This document shows, piece by piece, positions 34,288 to 48,884 of a stretch of DNA of 64,000 nucleotides. Both the position numbers and the translations under genes were made by a program. The DNA is from Hemiscyllium ocellatum (lineage: Eukaryota). The notes beneath the pieces were generated by a model. The model was not told the origin of the DNA and searched no databases. It was given only the letters and a program-made list of their open reading frames with translations. The stretch covers positions 4,481,479 to 4,545,478 of the forward strand of contig NC_083450.1 in assembly GCF_020745735.1 (NCBI RefSeq), written 5' to 3'. The first letter of the stretch is position 1, and every line of letters starts with the position of its first letter.

Positions 34288-36371
34288 TATACATATGCTT
34301 GATAAACCTGAAGCTAAGTGATGAGAAAGGGAACCCACTGGTGAGAGCTGACATTTGTCTTCTGAGGACAGATTGAGCAGTTTTGGCCTATACTCACTAG
34401 TGTACACAAGAATGAGACCAGAACTAATTAAGGTGGATACCACGCTAAAACAGATTGACAAAGTAAAGGTGGAAAGGATACTTCCTTACAAGGGATAATC
34501 TAGCCCGAGAGTTTTCAAATCAGTGGTAGTATATTTAAGACAGAGTTGAGAAGGAATTATTCCTCTCAAAGAGTTGTGAATTTGTGAAGTGTGATGGATG
34601 TTGCATTACTTAGTAATTTTGGGGAAAAGATAGACTTTTAATTACGAATGGATTAAGGGGCTTTTTGGGAGAGGGCAGAAAAGTGGAGTGCAGGACATGA
34701 CGGAATTGAATGGTGAAACATGATGAATGGTCGACTTCTGGCCTAGATCATGTCTTCTTTTGAGACTCTCTGCAGAGACTGAACAACGGTACAACCAGAA
34801 CAGAAACTTCTGAGATAACATGGTGGACAGCTATCAGTCACCTCGGCATGAATCCACTACACTTTAACCAGCCTTTTCTGAATGCGGATGACAATACAGT
34901 GTTTGTAGCCTTTACAAAGGGAAGAAAAATAATGATTACAAACAACAGGTGCCCCGTATAACAAAGGAAGGAAATTGCGGATGAGGATAATTAAATCAGG
35001 CAGGATGTGATTAAATGGTGGAGCAGACTCGATGGGCCGAACAGTCTACTTCTCTTCCGACAAGTGCAAGTCCTTCCAAGTCAAAACTGTATGAGTCTAA
35101 TCCCATAAAATTCTGTTCATCTGCGATTGGGGTTCGAAGCTGTTCAGTTGAATCAAATTCAATCATGAGACAGCGTGAATAATAGGGGAAAAAAATTAAC
35201 TGAAGCATTGGAGTCAGTGTTGGTGGTGAGCTGGGCTTCAGTCTGTATCAGAAAGCTGCAGAGAAAAGAAGAAGCGATATCTAGATAGTAAAATAACGCA
35301 CTGACTGAGGCTGTGTCGTTTCTGCTGGCTCTGGGAAATTGTGGAAATCGTTTGCCGAGATTCTGACCAACGTGTGTTGGAGGGCAGATGAGGGTGGTGG
35401 GTATTGGGGTTCGTCAGTTCACAATATTTTTTTCTATTAATTTTTGTGGATATTACCAAGGTCGAGTTTCGAAGACGCTGGACTCTCTGGAAAAAATGAG
35501 AGCAGTGCACATATTCAGGGGAAAGTTTCTTGTTGGTGGACTCGGAGCCCACTTTCTGAAGTTGGACAGCATCCTCATCCCAGCTGGTGCGACTCATGTA
35601 GTTCCTCAACAAAACCGCTGTGTGGTGCTGTGCCTCATAGGTGTATTTTTCTCTGCCGCTATGTGGTGCTATAGCAGAAAGATATCTAACACACACACAC
35701 ACATACACACACACATCCCTGCAGCTAGTGAGGGCAATGTGCAATTTTTTTCCCCCGGATCGCAATACTCCCCTTATATTCCCAACACTTCTGTATACCT
35801 TCAGTGATCAGAGCAGTGAATCGTGCAGGACTTACTTGCAATGTCTTATCTGAGGTAAAACGCGTGTTCTAAGAACCTGAAACCTTAACTTTGCTGCTCG
35901 GCGTGCTGAGATTTTCCAGTAACATCTGTTTCTGTTCTTTCAGATTTTTTTTTGTTATTTTGGGTATTTGAGTTATTCATTTATATGTCACATGAGATTT
36001 GTTTTATTTTGATTTTTTTTATTGTCACATGTACTAAGTTACATGGAAAAGGTTTGTTTTGTATGCAGTTCAGGTAGATCATATCATACCAAGTGTACGA
36101 GAGTAATAGAACAAACTGAGGAATGCAATGTTTTGGCTGCAGAAAAAGCGCATAACGAACAATATCATCTTTAGATTTGCAACTTGAGAGGTTAATTCAG
36201 ATGTCTGATAACAGCCGGGAATAAGCTGTTTTTAAATCTGCGTGTAGATACGTGTCAGCTTTTGTATCTTCTGCCTGATAGAAGAGATTATAACTGAGGT
36301 GGGAAGGTTCTTTTATTATGTTGGCTGCTTTCCCGAGGCTGAGACAAGTATAGATGGAGTCAATGCATGAA

Positions 36372-36524
36372 TGAGAATCGACGTTTCGGGCATAAGCCTT
36401 CCTGATGAAAGGCTTATGCCTTAAACATTGCTTATCCTGCTACTCGAATGCTGCCTGTTTTTTTTTCCCAGCACCACACTCTAGATTCTGATCTCCGGCA
36501 TCTGCAGTCCTCACTTTCTCCTCC
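36372..36524 (+). mobile_element. Older fold-back Penelope-like mini-insertion
   Basis: tcgacgtttcgggcataagcctt-cctgatga-aaggcttatgcc, followed by the element tail. Degenerate TSD tcaatgcatg / tcaacgcgtg. Confidence 0.65.
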
Positions 36525-39500
36525 TCAACGCGTGGAAGGTTGGCTTATGGGATGTACTAGGCTGTGTTTGCAAATCTCTGGAGTTACTTTCGGTCCTGGG
36601 CAGAGCAGTTGACATACCAAGACATGTTGCTTGTGGAAAAATTACTTTCTATGTTGAATCTGTAAAAATTGGCCAAAATATTTATGCTCATGCCAAATTT
36701 TCTTAGCTTCGTTATGAAGTAGAGGTGTTGTTATGCTTTCTCTATTTTACCGACAACATTGGTGGACAGGACAGATTGTTGATGATCATCATCTTTAGAA
36801 CACGAAGTTTCCAACTATCTCCATCACAGAACCATTAACATAGAAAGATACATTGTAAAGTATTTTCTCACCACAATACAGGACCATTTTGTTTTGCAAA
36901 AAAGAATAAAAAGAAATGAGAGAAAGAGTGTTCATCATCTGTACAAGCGTCCTTCGTATTCAAATTCTTGAAGGACTCTGCAAGGTTTCTCTGTCCTCAA
37001 GGTTCCTCAAATCTGGGTACAGCAATGACAACATTACCAAGTGCCTCTATTCTGGGCATTATTGCCCCCGCAACCGATGACATGCTATGTACCACCAGAG
37101 GTGATAACCCACCTTTCCCAGTGTTTACGTTTCAAATGGGGATCTGAATCCTTTCCCATATTCTCCACAGATCCGCAGGTTCTCGCCATTATAGCACAGT
37201 GAGTGATGAATATAGTCAACCTAATAGCTGGAGGTGCTGTGACTGATATATGTCCTCATCCCTGCTGCTGTAACTAAAATACATTGCATACACACCATCC
37301 TCATCCCTACATCTGGGAGGCGTTATGAATGATGCACATCATCATTCCAGGTTCTAGGTGACGCTGCAAGTGACGTTTCTTTTTCCCCAGACTCATCACT
37401 TCCCTCATCACCAGATACCCTAATCTAGTCTAGTCTCATTTACCGGCATTTGGCCCATTCAAATCCTTCCTATTAAATTACCCATCCACATTCATTGCAA
37501 ATGTTATGATTCTATCAGCTTTTACCACTCCCTATGGCAACACCAACCCTTCCCTGAAAATGTTGTGGCCTTTTAAGTCTTTGCCCTTTCATCGTAAACT
37601 TGCGCCTTCTAGCTTTGGACTCCCTATTTTGGTGTTAAACAAAATCCTTTACGAGTCACTCTATCCATGTCCTTCATGATTTTATACACCTCTCCAAATT
37701 CATCCCTAAGCCTCAACTATTGGGAGAGGACCTTCATTTAACCTGGACTGTTACAAATCCAGAGCTAGGAAGTGACATGCTGCCAGGTACCTCTGTGCGG
37801 CACCATGCACTCTGCATGCCACATATTCCCCTAAATCAGCTCTCCCATGGCTGTGTCATCTCAAATTGTAATTATTGCAGCGTTTCTGCCACATCCAGAC
37901 AGTTTAACAACAAGACCAACGAGCAAGTTTGGTTTATGGATGGTTACTTCAACACCTTTGATGAAGGCATCATTTTCTCCTGCCCTTCCGAGTGACTGAA
38001 TCCTGGGATGGAAAACCTCCATATTCCCACGCACAAGGATTAGAAGTAATAAATTTCTTCATCAGATTCCTCCTCCTTGGGATGCCAGAAAATTATTTGC
38101 ATTCTGATACCCCTTATTTCTGGTCTCTCCTACCACCAGCTGGCAATTTGGTATGGTATTTGCCCCTGCCAAATTGATATGCCCGGCTCTAACACTTGCA
38201 GTTGCAATCGACTAACATTAGGTGGGGTTACTGAGTCGCCAAAACTTGCAGCTCCGTGAGCCTTTTCAAATAACAGCTCGGGTCTCTGTTCTGCTGCGAT
38301 AGCATCGGCACCAACCTTCAGTCTGTCTCTCTCTCTCCCTCTCACCTTCACTCGCACTCGCTCTCCCCTCTTATACACGCCCATTCCTCAAAATGTTTAT
38401 TTCACCGTGCCTCTCTCTGTTCTCTCCCTCACTTTTCTATCTCAACCCACCCCCTTGCTCAATCACGACCTCTGTGTTCCACTCCTTCCTCGCTTACTGC
38501 TGCCCTCTCTGATTCATCTCTCTTTTGTTGCCTTTGTTATACTCTGTCAATCCCCTCCCTCCCTTTCTCTCTCTCTCTCACTGTCTCTACATATCTCTGT
38601 CTTGTCATCTCACAGAGTCAGAGGGATGTGCGGAATGGAAACAAACCCTTCTGTCCAATTCGTCTATGCAGACCACATATCCTAAAATGATCAACTCCCA
38701 TTTGCCAGCACTTGGTCATATCCCTCTCAACCTTCCTATTTATATACCCATCCAAATGCCTTTAAATGTTGCAATTGCACCAGTCTCCAACACGTGCAAT
38801 GGAAGTGCAAGAGACTTGCAAAGAGTCCAGGATTCTCTCTAGCGTCTATAAACACCCCTCGGTCTTCAACATCCAGCGAAAACATACTCAGGCTATTTCA
38901 CCCGCCTCCTCATCTTCTCCCTTTATCTGTCTCTCACTCTCTCCCAGTCTGTCATTCTAACACTCTCTCACACATTTTCTCTCTCTTTCACTCCATTCCC
39001 TGTTTTCCTGTATCTGGGCCTTTATTTCTGTCTCTCAGTCTCCTCCCCGAATTACTCCCTCTCTCACTCTCACTCAGTTTAGCACCCTCCTCATCTCACT
39101 ATCTCTCCCTCACACTTTCTCTCCCACTATGCCTCCCTGGCTTGATCATACTAAGAAGCTGCTGCCCGATACCACCTTCCTCTCTCTTTCTTTCCCATGT
39201 GTCGAAACTGAGGTACATTGCACCTAAATTCTCCATCAGACTCAGTCACTGCCCTCATGACATGACCTCTAAAATTGTAGTTGGCAGATCCATGTGGGCC
39301 TGACTGAGTGTAGCACGATCAGAGGTGTCATCTGACTGTTCCCAAGTTTAAACCCAAGCACTGTCAATTGGTTGCAAGATTAAAGCATGAAGCTGAGGGT
39401 AGGGGTGTATCTCCAGCAGTGCAATGCATTTCTGAAAATTAATGCCCCTGATTTGACAATGGGGGCTGGAGTTGGCCTCCTGATAATATCACTGGACTAG

Positions 39501-40199
39501 CAAAGCCGAGGTCAAGGAGTTTTGAACATGCCCACGCTAGTTTAAATCCCACCACAGTTTTAAATGATATATTAATCATTAATTCTAGAATCTAATCTGA
39601 TTCAGAGTGACAGCTATCGTTGAGTGTCATTTGAAAACAACTCATCATTGGGTTTTCACTAATGGGGGAATAACCTCGCCTTTCTTACTCTGGTCTGGGC
39701 CTCCTTGTGACTGCAAACCCGCGCAATAATGTGTAGGAGGGGCGCGGCACAGAGCTGTCCTCTGAAATTTCCGATTGGCGATTAGGGATGGATGGTGACT
39801 GCTGTGCTCAGCCGGATAAAGTTCTATGAAATATGAACTGGGATCGGGAATACATCCATCAGTTGGATCTTCCTGCGTTTCTTCCTTCCCTCAGTCCCTT
39901 CTGTTTTAGTTGGCCTTGGTATACACCTCCCCCTCCCCCTCCCCCCCCCCGTCTTATCCCCCCTCAGCCACTGAAAAGACATTTTTAAAAAATATAATGA
40001 AGGCATCAAGGGAGAAAGAGGGGATCTGACGTTGAGGCCATGGTCAGATTAAATAGAATGGCCAAATAGCCTCCTCCTGCTCCTAGCTTCTGAGTCGCCC
40101 TCAACCTCGATCTTTGGCTGTTCCTCTGCCGTAGGGACATCGAAGGGGCCTGACAAATGAGGCTCAATGAAGTGCAGTTGGTTTGAGTTTAACCCCTAG

Positions 40200-40350
40200 G
40201 CAGAACTTCCACTGCTGTGGCAAGTACACTATACTGCATCAACTACTTGTGGACCGACCCTGTGAATAAAATGAAGGAATACTTCAGTTGGCTTCTCCCG
40301 GAGGGGTTTTACCTGATGGGGCCTGTACGTTACCATTACACTGATAGCTC
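40200..40350 (+). pseudogene. Second HAAF/dermatopontin-like exon, frameshifted
   Basis: ccctAG acceptor, QNFHCCGKY, 2-bp deletion, then YCINYLWTDPVNKMKEYFSWLLPEGFYLMGPVRYH. Donor lost. Confidence 0.72.
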
Positions 40351-43049
40351 TCTCAAGCTCTACTCCCACCACATCCTCCATTGCAATCCTTTTGACTCAA
40401 ATGTGCACGTACATCTCGCCTTCGCATCACTTTTCCTTCCAAGCACACGCACTCTCTCATTTCCCACCCCCATGACCAAACACAGGACAGTAATGTTATT
40501 CAACTGTGGGCACCATGACAACGCAACCTGAAGTGATTCTCTCCCTGCCATGACGTGTTACATCATGGGGACAGAACCAATTACCCTTAGCGCATGCGGA
40601 TTCAAAAGCAATGAAATTAAAATCATGCAATGTCCTCAAAATTGACCCCAATGAATCCTAACTAGCCGTTTTTCAATGAGAATCTCAGACGTGGTGAATA
40701 AGCAATTTTCAATTGTAGTTCGGATCTTAAACAAAAGATCCAGGAAATTATTAACTATGCACAAACTTCGGTAGATCAAAATTGAATACCAAAGGAATTG
40801 GACTACGTGATAAAGCTTATGCTTTCATACCCATTTCCAGAAAAGACAGACAGATAAAGGAAAACAGTTCAGGCATAATCAATAAAAATTAATCTAGCCA
40901 GAAGACTTCACTGGCTTTCATGACGTTATATTCCACAGGCATAGGATAATGTTTTCTTGACGGATTTTCTGAAGATTCCATCAGGGTCACTTTTCTCGTT
41001 CACTCTGATAAATGCAGGACTATTTATGACTTAGTTTCAAATTCTCTGAATTTCCAAAATCTGATAAAAGAGGTAAGACAGGGAACCTGCAAACCCTCAC
41101 GCTGGAACATCAAAAACAAAATTCCTTTTGTTCATAGAAAACACAGTCTAAAATTGAAACTCTTATCACTCTCTGAAAGCATGAGCATCTCCTCCACGAG
41201 ATCCCAACATATGCCATCTGCTTGAGCAGAAGGTCTTCTCCAGAGTTGCTGGAACCAATTACCAGGTATGAACATCATTAATGGGAAATCTCTATTTAAG
41301 CACAATGCTCTTCCCTGTTGACGAAGCAACTTCAGAATCATTTGATCAGGAACCTGGCTTCACAAATAAACAAAAGCTCGTTTGGTCTTTTTTTTACTTT
41401 CAACACAAGCTGGTACTCAGAGTCTAAAAGTTAACTTTAGCTCACAATTCACAGTTCCAAAACGACATTAATAAGAGATTTTAAATAAAAATGATTAAAA
41501 ATGATTAAGGTTTGGCTGATGGGTGATGGAAGTAAGGGTGAGGATAGGCCGATTGGGGCGCTGTAATGGTGGAAGATGGGTAATCAGAGAACTGTGCATC
41601 TGAACTCCCAGGTCCCCTGTTCATTTGGTCCCTTAAGGCCTTACCATTCATTATGATCGAATCCATCTGGATAGGAGGCGTCTGTTCATCCCCTCAAACC
41701 TCTTCGACCCTTCAAAGAGTGAGGCTGAGTTGAGAAACACCCTCAAACCACATCTATATTTCCTGAAGTATTTAATCCTCTAACCCAACACAATCATTGC
41801 AATAAGTTGGGTTGGGGTAGATTGTGGGGAGATCATGTTGCTCAGATACTAAACAGGATCAGCCACATAATTAGTGCATTTCAAGAGAAGGGCAGAAGCT
41901 GTGAACTCTGCGGCGAGTAACTCACCTCACAGCTCGCCAAAGACTTACCAAATTCAACAAGGCACAAGTCAGGAATATGATGGAATATTCCCTAGTTGCC
42001 TCGCTGGGTGCAGTCCAACTGCACATCAGTTCAGGGTCATCCAGGATAAAGCAGATGGCTTGATTGTCACTGCATCTGCAAGTATCCATTCCCTCCACCA
42101 CCGACGCACAGTAGCAGCAGTCAGTACCATCCACAAGACAGACCTCAGCAACTTTTCAAGGCTCCCGAGGCAGCATCTTCTAAACCTACAGCCTCTCCAC
42201 ACCAAGACGACATGTGAGCAACACTACCCAGTACTTGCAAGTTCTCCTCCAAGCCACACATTCTAACTTGGAAGTCTATCCACCATTCCTTCAGTGTATC
42301 TGTGTCAAAATCCTGGAATTATATCGCTAACTTGCACTGTGAGCGTCCCTACACCAACCGGGGGCTGTGGTATTTCAAGAAGTTGGCTCACGACCGTGGT
42401 CTCAAGGGGGAGATAGCATTAGCTAATAACATGTTACCCTGAGAGCAGCGTCCACATCTCCTGAAAAAATAATGCGAAAGACGTATTGAGCTTAGGAAAA
42501 CCTGATGTGCACAAATAGGGGACAATTTTAGCGACATCACAAAGTGAGCACACTACTAAAAGTAATTACTTTATTGTAAAAAGCGCTGGGACATGCTGAG
42601 ATTGCGAAAGGTGCTATATGAACGCAACTATCTCGCTTGTTTTGAGTGAGCAGCCTGCAACTCATCAGGCATTACTTCTTTAAGGACTGCAAGTGGAACT
42701 GAAAATCAGAGGGAGATAAAGGAAGTGCAGCTGACAGCTTCCGACCAACACTGATTTTAGAAGTTCTTTTTCTTTCAGTCGCAAGAGTAATTGGAGTCTA
42801 ATAAGTATAGCCCCTGTCAAGGGCACGGAGGGCGATTGACTAGACTGGGACCAGGGATGATGGGCTTCAGTTTAAATTTCGCCTTTAACCTCTTCGCTCA
42901 CAAACCCATCACGAAAGTAACATTGCACGTTTCAATCTCCTTCAACAGATTTTAGCAAGAGGTCATTAATTCGAGAAGCGAAAACAAACACGACTTCTCC
43001 TGAGCTTTTCAAGGGTTCTTCAAAAACACTTAACATCAAGTCATGACGT

Positions 43050-46000
43050 CTTCAAGGCTGGAGTAGAGCGCATCAATGGGGAAGGGTGTATGGTCTTGGG
43101 GAGGTGAAAGGGGTATTGAGGGACGAAGGGGCGAGAGGAGGTAAAAGATATGGAGAGTCTGCAAGAGGTTGCAGGCATGTGGAGCAGTGTAGGAGCTACA
43201 ATAGCTCACAGAGATATGGAGCGATGTCGGAACTGGAGAAAGGGTTCAGAGATCAGAAAGACTGTAGTTGCTGGAGGATGGTATGGATAAGCAGAGTGCG
43301 CAGATGTTGGAGGAAGTTATATATAAAGAGAGGATGTAGGGGTGGGAAAGGTTTTAGAGACAATGATGAGTTTTGAGTCTGGAAGGGGTACAGAGATAGA
43401 CTCATAGAGTTATGCCAACCGGATACGGACCGTTTCATCCAAATCATGCAGATCTGCTGATTTAATCTAGTCCTATTTACCAGAATTTGGTCCATATCTC
43501 TCTAAACCATTCTTATTCATGTACCCATTGAAATTCCTTGTAAGTATTGTAATTGTACCCACCTCTGCAACTTGTTCTGACAGTTTATTGCATACTCTGT
43601 GTGAAAATGTTGCTCCTCAGTTCACTTTCAAATCTTCTCCTTCCACCACAAAGCTATGCCCCCGAAGATTGGACTACCCTCTCCCGGGGAAAACGTCTTA
43701 GCTATTCACTTGACCCATACTTTTCGTGATTTTCTAAAACTCAACAAGCTGCCAGAGGAAGTGGTGCAGGCTAGAACAATTGCAAAATTTAAAAGGCATC
43801 TGGATGGGTATATGAATAGGAAGGGTTCGGATGGAAATGGGCCAGGTGCTGGCAGGTGGGACTAGATGGGGTTGTGATATCTGGTCGGCATGGATGAGTT
43901 TGACCAAAGGGTCTGTTTCCGTACTGTACATCTCTATGACTGTATGACCTCTCTGCCTCCCATGCTGTAGTTTCAATTGCCCCAGTCTATTCAGCCTCTC
44001 CATCCAGCTCAAAGCCTCCACCCCGGCAACATACTTGGGATTTTTTTCTGAACTCTTTCAAATTTAGCAACATCATTCATGTGGCAGACTTCAACACAAT
44101 ATTCGAAAAGTGGCCCAATCAATGTCCTGTACAGCTGCAACGTGAGCTCCCAATTCCTGTACTCAATCCACTAATCATGAAAGCAGACATGCCAAAGGCC
44201 TTCTTCACCACCATGTCTACATGTGACGGAACTTTCAAGGATCTGTGCACCCGTACCCTCAGGTCGCTTTATTTAACAGGACTCCCTAGGGTTTCCCACA
44301 AACTGTAAATCCTGTCCTGATTTGCCTGACCAAAATGCAATGCCTTATTCGATGTAGTGGCTGGAGGAGTTTATACATTTAGGGAAGGTGCTGTGACGAG
44401 AGGTGTCGAGAGAGAGAGTTAGTCTGTATGAGCTAAAGCAGGTTACTGAGGTAGGGAGGCTTAGAGGGCTTGAAAGACGTTTCAGTGTTAGGGAGGGGGT
44501 GACAGGACTGCAGGAGGGCTTAGAGATAGAGTGATAATAAGGCCCTGGAGAAGACTACAGTAATAGATAGATGCTTTGCTGCTGGAAGGGTTTACAGAGA
44601 GAGGAAAATTTGTTGGGGCTGGAGGAGCTAGATATGGATAGGCGCAAAGGCTCGATGAAAAGTGGTGTGGGGGTTGGAGGAGGTAAGAGAGATTGGGAGG
44701 ATGTAGCGACAATGAGGAAGAGACGTGCAGAAGATGGAGGATATGAAATAGTTATGTAGGGGGTATAGGAGCTGGAGGAGGTTACACGGATGGGGAGGCA
44801 TTCAGAATTGGAGTTAGTTCCAGAGGTAGGGAGCGGCATAGAGTTTGGAAGGTGTGATGGAGATAGGGAGGGATACAGGGTCTGGATTTGGTTCAAGAAA
44901 TAAGGAGAGGTGTTAGGTCAGTGGGGGCTGGACGAGGTAGGGTGTGGTGTAGTGTCTAAAGGATTTTATAGAGATGGGCAGGAGTGTTGTGCAGAGATAC
45001 AGAAGTTATACGGGCTAGTAGAGATAACAAGGGACGATTATGAAAACCTGAGGCGCTCAACGTGATTGGGAGGTGTGTAAGTGCTGGAGTGATTGACAGA
45101 AATATGAAGGAATCTCGGGGATGGAGGAGATGTCAGATATAGAGAAGGGTATACGAAGTCAAGGAGTGTATGGAGGTATGGTAGGATATCAAAGCTGAAG
45201 GAGGTGACAGAGATGAGAAGGTATGTAGGAACAAGAGGGCTGCCAGTAGATAGAGATGGGTGCAGCAACTGGGGGAGGTGACAGAGATTGAGAATGGTGA
45301 TGCAGTTGGAATTATTAACAGAGCTAGGGAGGTATTTGGGGGCGATTGGATATATCTAGGGAACCGTATTGGGGGCGGAGGTAGGGATGGGGGCAGGCAC
45401 TGGAGATTTTGTTTAAAATAACGAAGAACCCAAGGTCTGAATGAAGTCGCAGAGATATTGAGGCACGTAGGGGCTAGAGAAGGTAACAGAGCTAAGTGTG
45501 GTATAGGGACTTGGGGGTCTAATAGGGATACGGAGGAATGTAGGGACTCCTGGACCTTGTAGAGATATGGAGAGATGTATGAGCTTGAGAAGGTCACACG
45601 GAGAAGAACGTTTACAGATACTTCAGGAGGTGACAGCGATAGGGAGGGATTTAGTGACTGGAGGAGTTAACAGAAATATACAAGGGACTAGGGTCTGCAT
45701 CAGGTGGCAGAGATAAGGGAGGGTGTAGTGACATTGGCTGGTTACTGAAATAAGGACAGTATTGAGTCTGTATGAGATAACAGAGACAGGAAGTGGTATA
45801 GTGTCCAGAGGATGTTAGAGAGACGGAGGAGTGTTGTGCATGGAGTGGATTGTACAGATATGGAGGGTTGTAGAGGCTAGTGCAAAAAGAAGGGAGGCGT
45901 TTAGGGACGTGAGGTGGTCACTGCGAAAGGCAAGGGTCTGAGCAGTGATAAAATTAGTGAGGAATCGAGGGTCTGGAAGAAGTGGAAGAGACTGGGAAAG

Positions 46001-46650
46001 GAATGGAAAACTGATGGAGAGTATGGAGATAGGAGACACTGAAGGGCTGGATGAGGTAAAAGAGATAGAAAGCGGTTTCAGGTGCTGAAGAATATTACTG
46101 AGATAGGAATGGTTGGAGGACCACATCGTGATTGAGTGAGATGTATAGGCTGGAAATATTACAGACATAGGGAGTGGTGTAGGGTCTGGAATAATTTATA
46201 GAGATGGGGAGGGGTTCGAGGGCGAGAGGTGCTTCTGGAGTTAGGGGGACACAAAGGGCTTGATGAAGGTTTTAGAGATATTCAGGCATGTACGGACTGG
46301 AGGGGGTAACAAAGGTGGGGATTAGCACAGGAACTTGAGGAGGTGATAGGGATAAATAAGAATTTAGTGGCTGGAGGTGTTTGTAGAGATAGCAAGGAGT
46401 GCCAGGGCTTGGGGTGGCTACAGAAAGCCGAATGGATAGAAGTGCTTGTGAGGTGACAGAGAGAGGAAAATGTGTATTGGCTGATAAGGCAACCGATATA
46501 GGGAGGCCTGCAGGAGAATGTTACAGAGATAAGGAGGTGTGCAGAAGATGGAAGGTGTTAAAGGGATAGGGAGAGGTATACGTGCTGATTGAGTGAAAGC
46601 TGGTGTGAGATCAGGTGCATGAGTGATTGGGAGCAGAAGTGAACTGGAGA
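43050..46650 (+). repeat. ~37-bp purine-rich minisatellite array with embedded CR1 remnants, unit 3
   Basis: Collinear with 22600-26160. Confidence 0.75.
43740..43945 (+). mobile_element. CR1 3' fragment, unit-3-specific
   Basis: KLPEEVVQARTIAKFKRHLDGYMNRKG, with tail ctgtacatctctatgactgtatgac. Confidence 0.8.
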
Positions 46651-47414
46651 CTGTGAGACCCCAGAGGATGAAAAGCAGGGGTCCACTTTGATTATTTCGA
46701 GTGACCTGGTCTATCATAGTCTGGTTTGTGCAAATGTGTGACATTTTTGAGAAGGTGAGGATTTGATAGTGTCTCTACATTTGCTCTCCAACTCGTGGGT
46801 GAAGCGACGGCTGCCTTTCTGATGTTTTAGGACCGACGGGTGCTGCTGCTGCTGCTAATCGCTCAGTGATCAGAGTGGTTTCAGTTCCTCCACCTACATG
46901 ACCCACCCCTTCCCCTCCATCTGGAGCAACTGACCACACCACCTGCAGCCCCTCCACAAACAGGCCAAAAACAACATAGCTTTGCCTCTCAGCAGCTAAA
47001 TTGAGGCACTTGAAATGCCATCCAGGTCACCCCAGATCGAGGCTGTGCACTGCATTGAACTCAGATGCAGAGGCAGCCTTGAAATCGGCTGTTCAACTCT
47101 GTGAAGCATCATTGAGATGGCTTTAACCAGACTGCTAAAGGGTTGATGCTGTATAGCATCTTTCAAAGCAACAAGTCTTAAAATAAAACCGAGGACACAA
47201 TTTAAGAAACAGGATGCCATTCGGCCCTTCGACCGTTCCCTGCTATTCATTGCAATGAAGGATGATTATTTCACAACTGCACTTTCCTATCCCATATCCC
47301 TCAGAGCACTCAGAGTACTAATTTCTGCCCATTAGAGTATCCCATAGGCATGGAGAATGCATTAGATTCACCAGGCTCTGAGCGAAAGAATGTCTCTTCA
47401 TCTCAGTCCAAATT

Positions 47415-47728
47415 GGTGGGCTAACACGAGTGGTTAGCACTGCTGCCTCACAGCGCCAGAGACCCGGGTTCAATTCCCAACTCAGGCAACTGACTGTGTG
47501 GAGTTTGCACGTTCTCCCTGTGTCTGTGTGGGTTTCCTCCGGGTGCTCCGGTTTCCTCCCACAGTCCAAAGATGTGCGGGTTAGGGTGAATTGGCCATGC
47601 TAAATTGCCCGTAGTGTTAGGTAAGGGGTAAATGTAGGGGTATGGGTGGGTTGCGCTTCGGCGGGTCGGTGTGGACTTGTTGGACCGAAGGGCCTGTTTC
47701 CACACTGTAAGTAATCTAATCTAATCTA
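47415..47728 (+). mobile_element. HE1-like V-SINE
   Basis: Matches the 6000-6316 element, with (TCTAA)n tail. Confidence 0.9.
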
Positions 47729-48612
47729 TCTGTTTGTTATCTCAGCCCTTCAGAAATATCCTATGTTTCTATTCTGCCAACCTAAGTATATAATTCCACA
47801 TTTTCCCACATCAAAGTACATTTACCACTTCCTTCCCTAATTCCTTACGCAGACTGTATCGCGTTTCAGACTTTGTATTCACCTCAACATTACTCTCCCG
47901 TAGAGTTTCGTATTTTCAGGTCCTCATCCTGTGAGTTCTCATCACGGATGGTTGCAACATCCCAGATTAGAAATCATTGTAATACAAATGGCAGCAGTGC
48001 ATCTCCTCTACCACGGATGCTGCCTCAAAGCTGTTCTGTGAACACGTTTTTTTGAGAGGGATATAATTAATATTTTGAAAATAATTGGAAAACTTAATGG
48101 CTCAGTCATAAAGGTCTCCAACACAGAAAAATGTCGTTCAGCTCAACATGTCTGCCCTGATCAAAAATGATCCCCTAACTATTCCAATCCCATTTTCTAG
48201 CACTTGTGTAATTAAATACCTCTTCAATGTTATGGGGGGCGGGGGGGGGGTTCAACCTCTACCACCCTTACAGGCAGTGTGTTCCTCACACCCAACACCC
48301 TGTGGAAGAAACAGCTTTCCTCAATGTTCTTGAAACGTCCTGCTCCTTTCCTTAAATCTATGAAGCCGGTCGCATGGATGGATTGGGCCAAATGGCTTAC
48401 TTCTGTGCGATAGCTTGTGTGACTCTGTGACTTTGTGACACCGTGGAAGCTCAGGGAAAGAAAGGAGAAATATAAATTTTCTTTTAGAAGTCCGTGTTTT
48501 CAGGAGGAGAGGATATAGCTGTTCAGGCTAAAGGGATCAAAGGTATTGAGGGAGAAAATGAAACAGGGGACTGATTTGAATGTTCGAACATGATCTTACT
48601 GAATGGCGGAGT

Positions 48613-48882
48613 GCACGGTGGCACAGTGGTTAGCACTGCTGCCTCACAGCGCCTGAGACCCGGGTTCAATTCCCGACTCAGGCGACTGTGCGGAGTTTGC
48701 ACATTCTCCCCGTATCTGCGTGGGTTTCCGCCAGGTGCTCCGGTTTCCTCCCACAGTCCATGCTAAATTGCCCGTAGTGTTAGGTAAGGGGTAAATGTAG
48801 GGGTCTGGGTGGGTTGTGCTTCGGCGGGTCGGTGTGGACTTGTTGGGCCGAAGGGCCTGTTTCCACACTGTAAGTAATCTAA
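48613..48882 (+). mobile_element. HE1-like V-SINE with internal deletion
   Basis: gcacggtggcacagtggttagc..ccacactgtaagtaatctaa. Confidence 0.9.
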
Positions 48883-48884
48883 TT

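Larger units (their letters stand above)
22574..35800 (+). repeat. Segmental-duplication unit 2
   Basis: Collinear with 43020-56280 and with 10400-22430. Confidence 0.85.
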
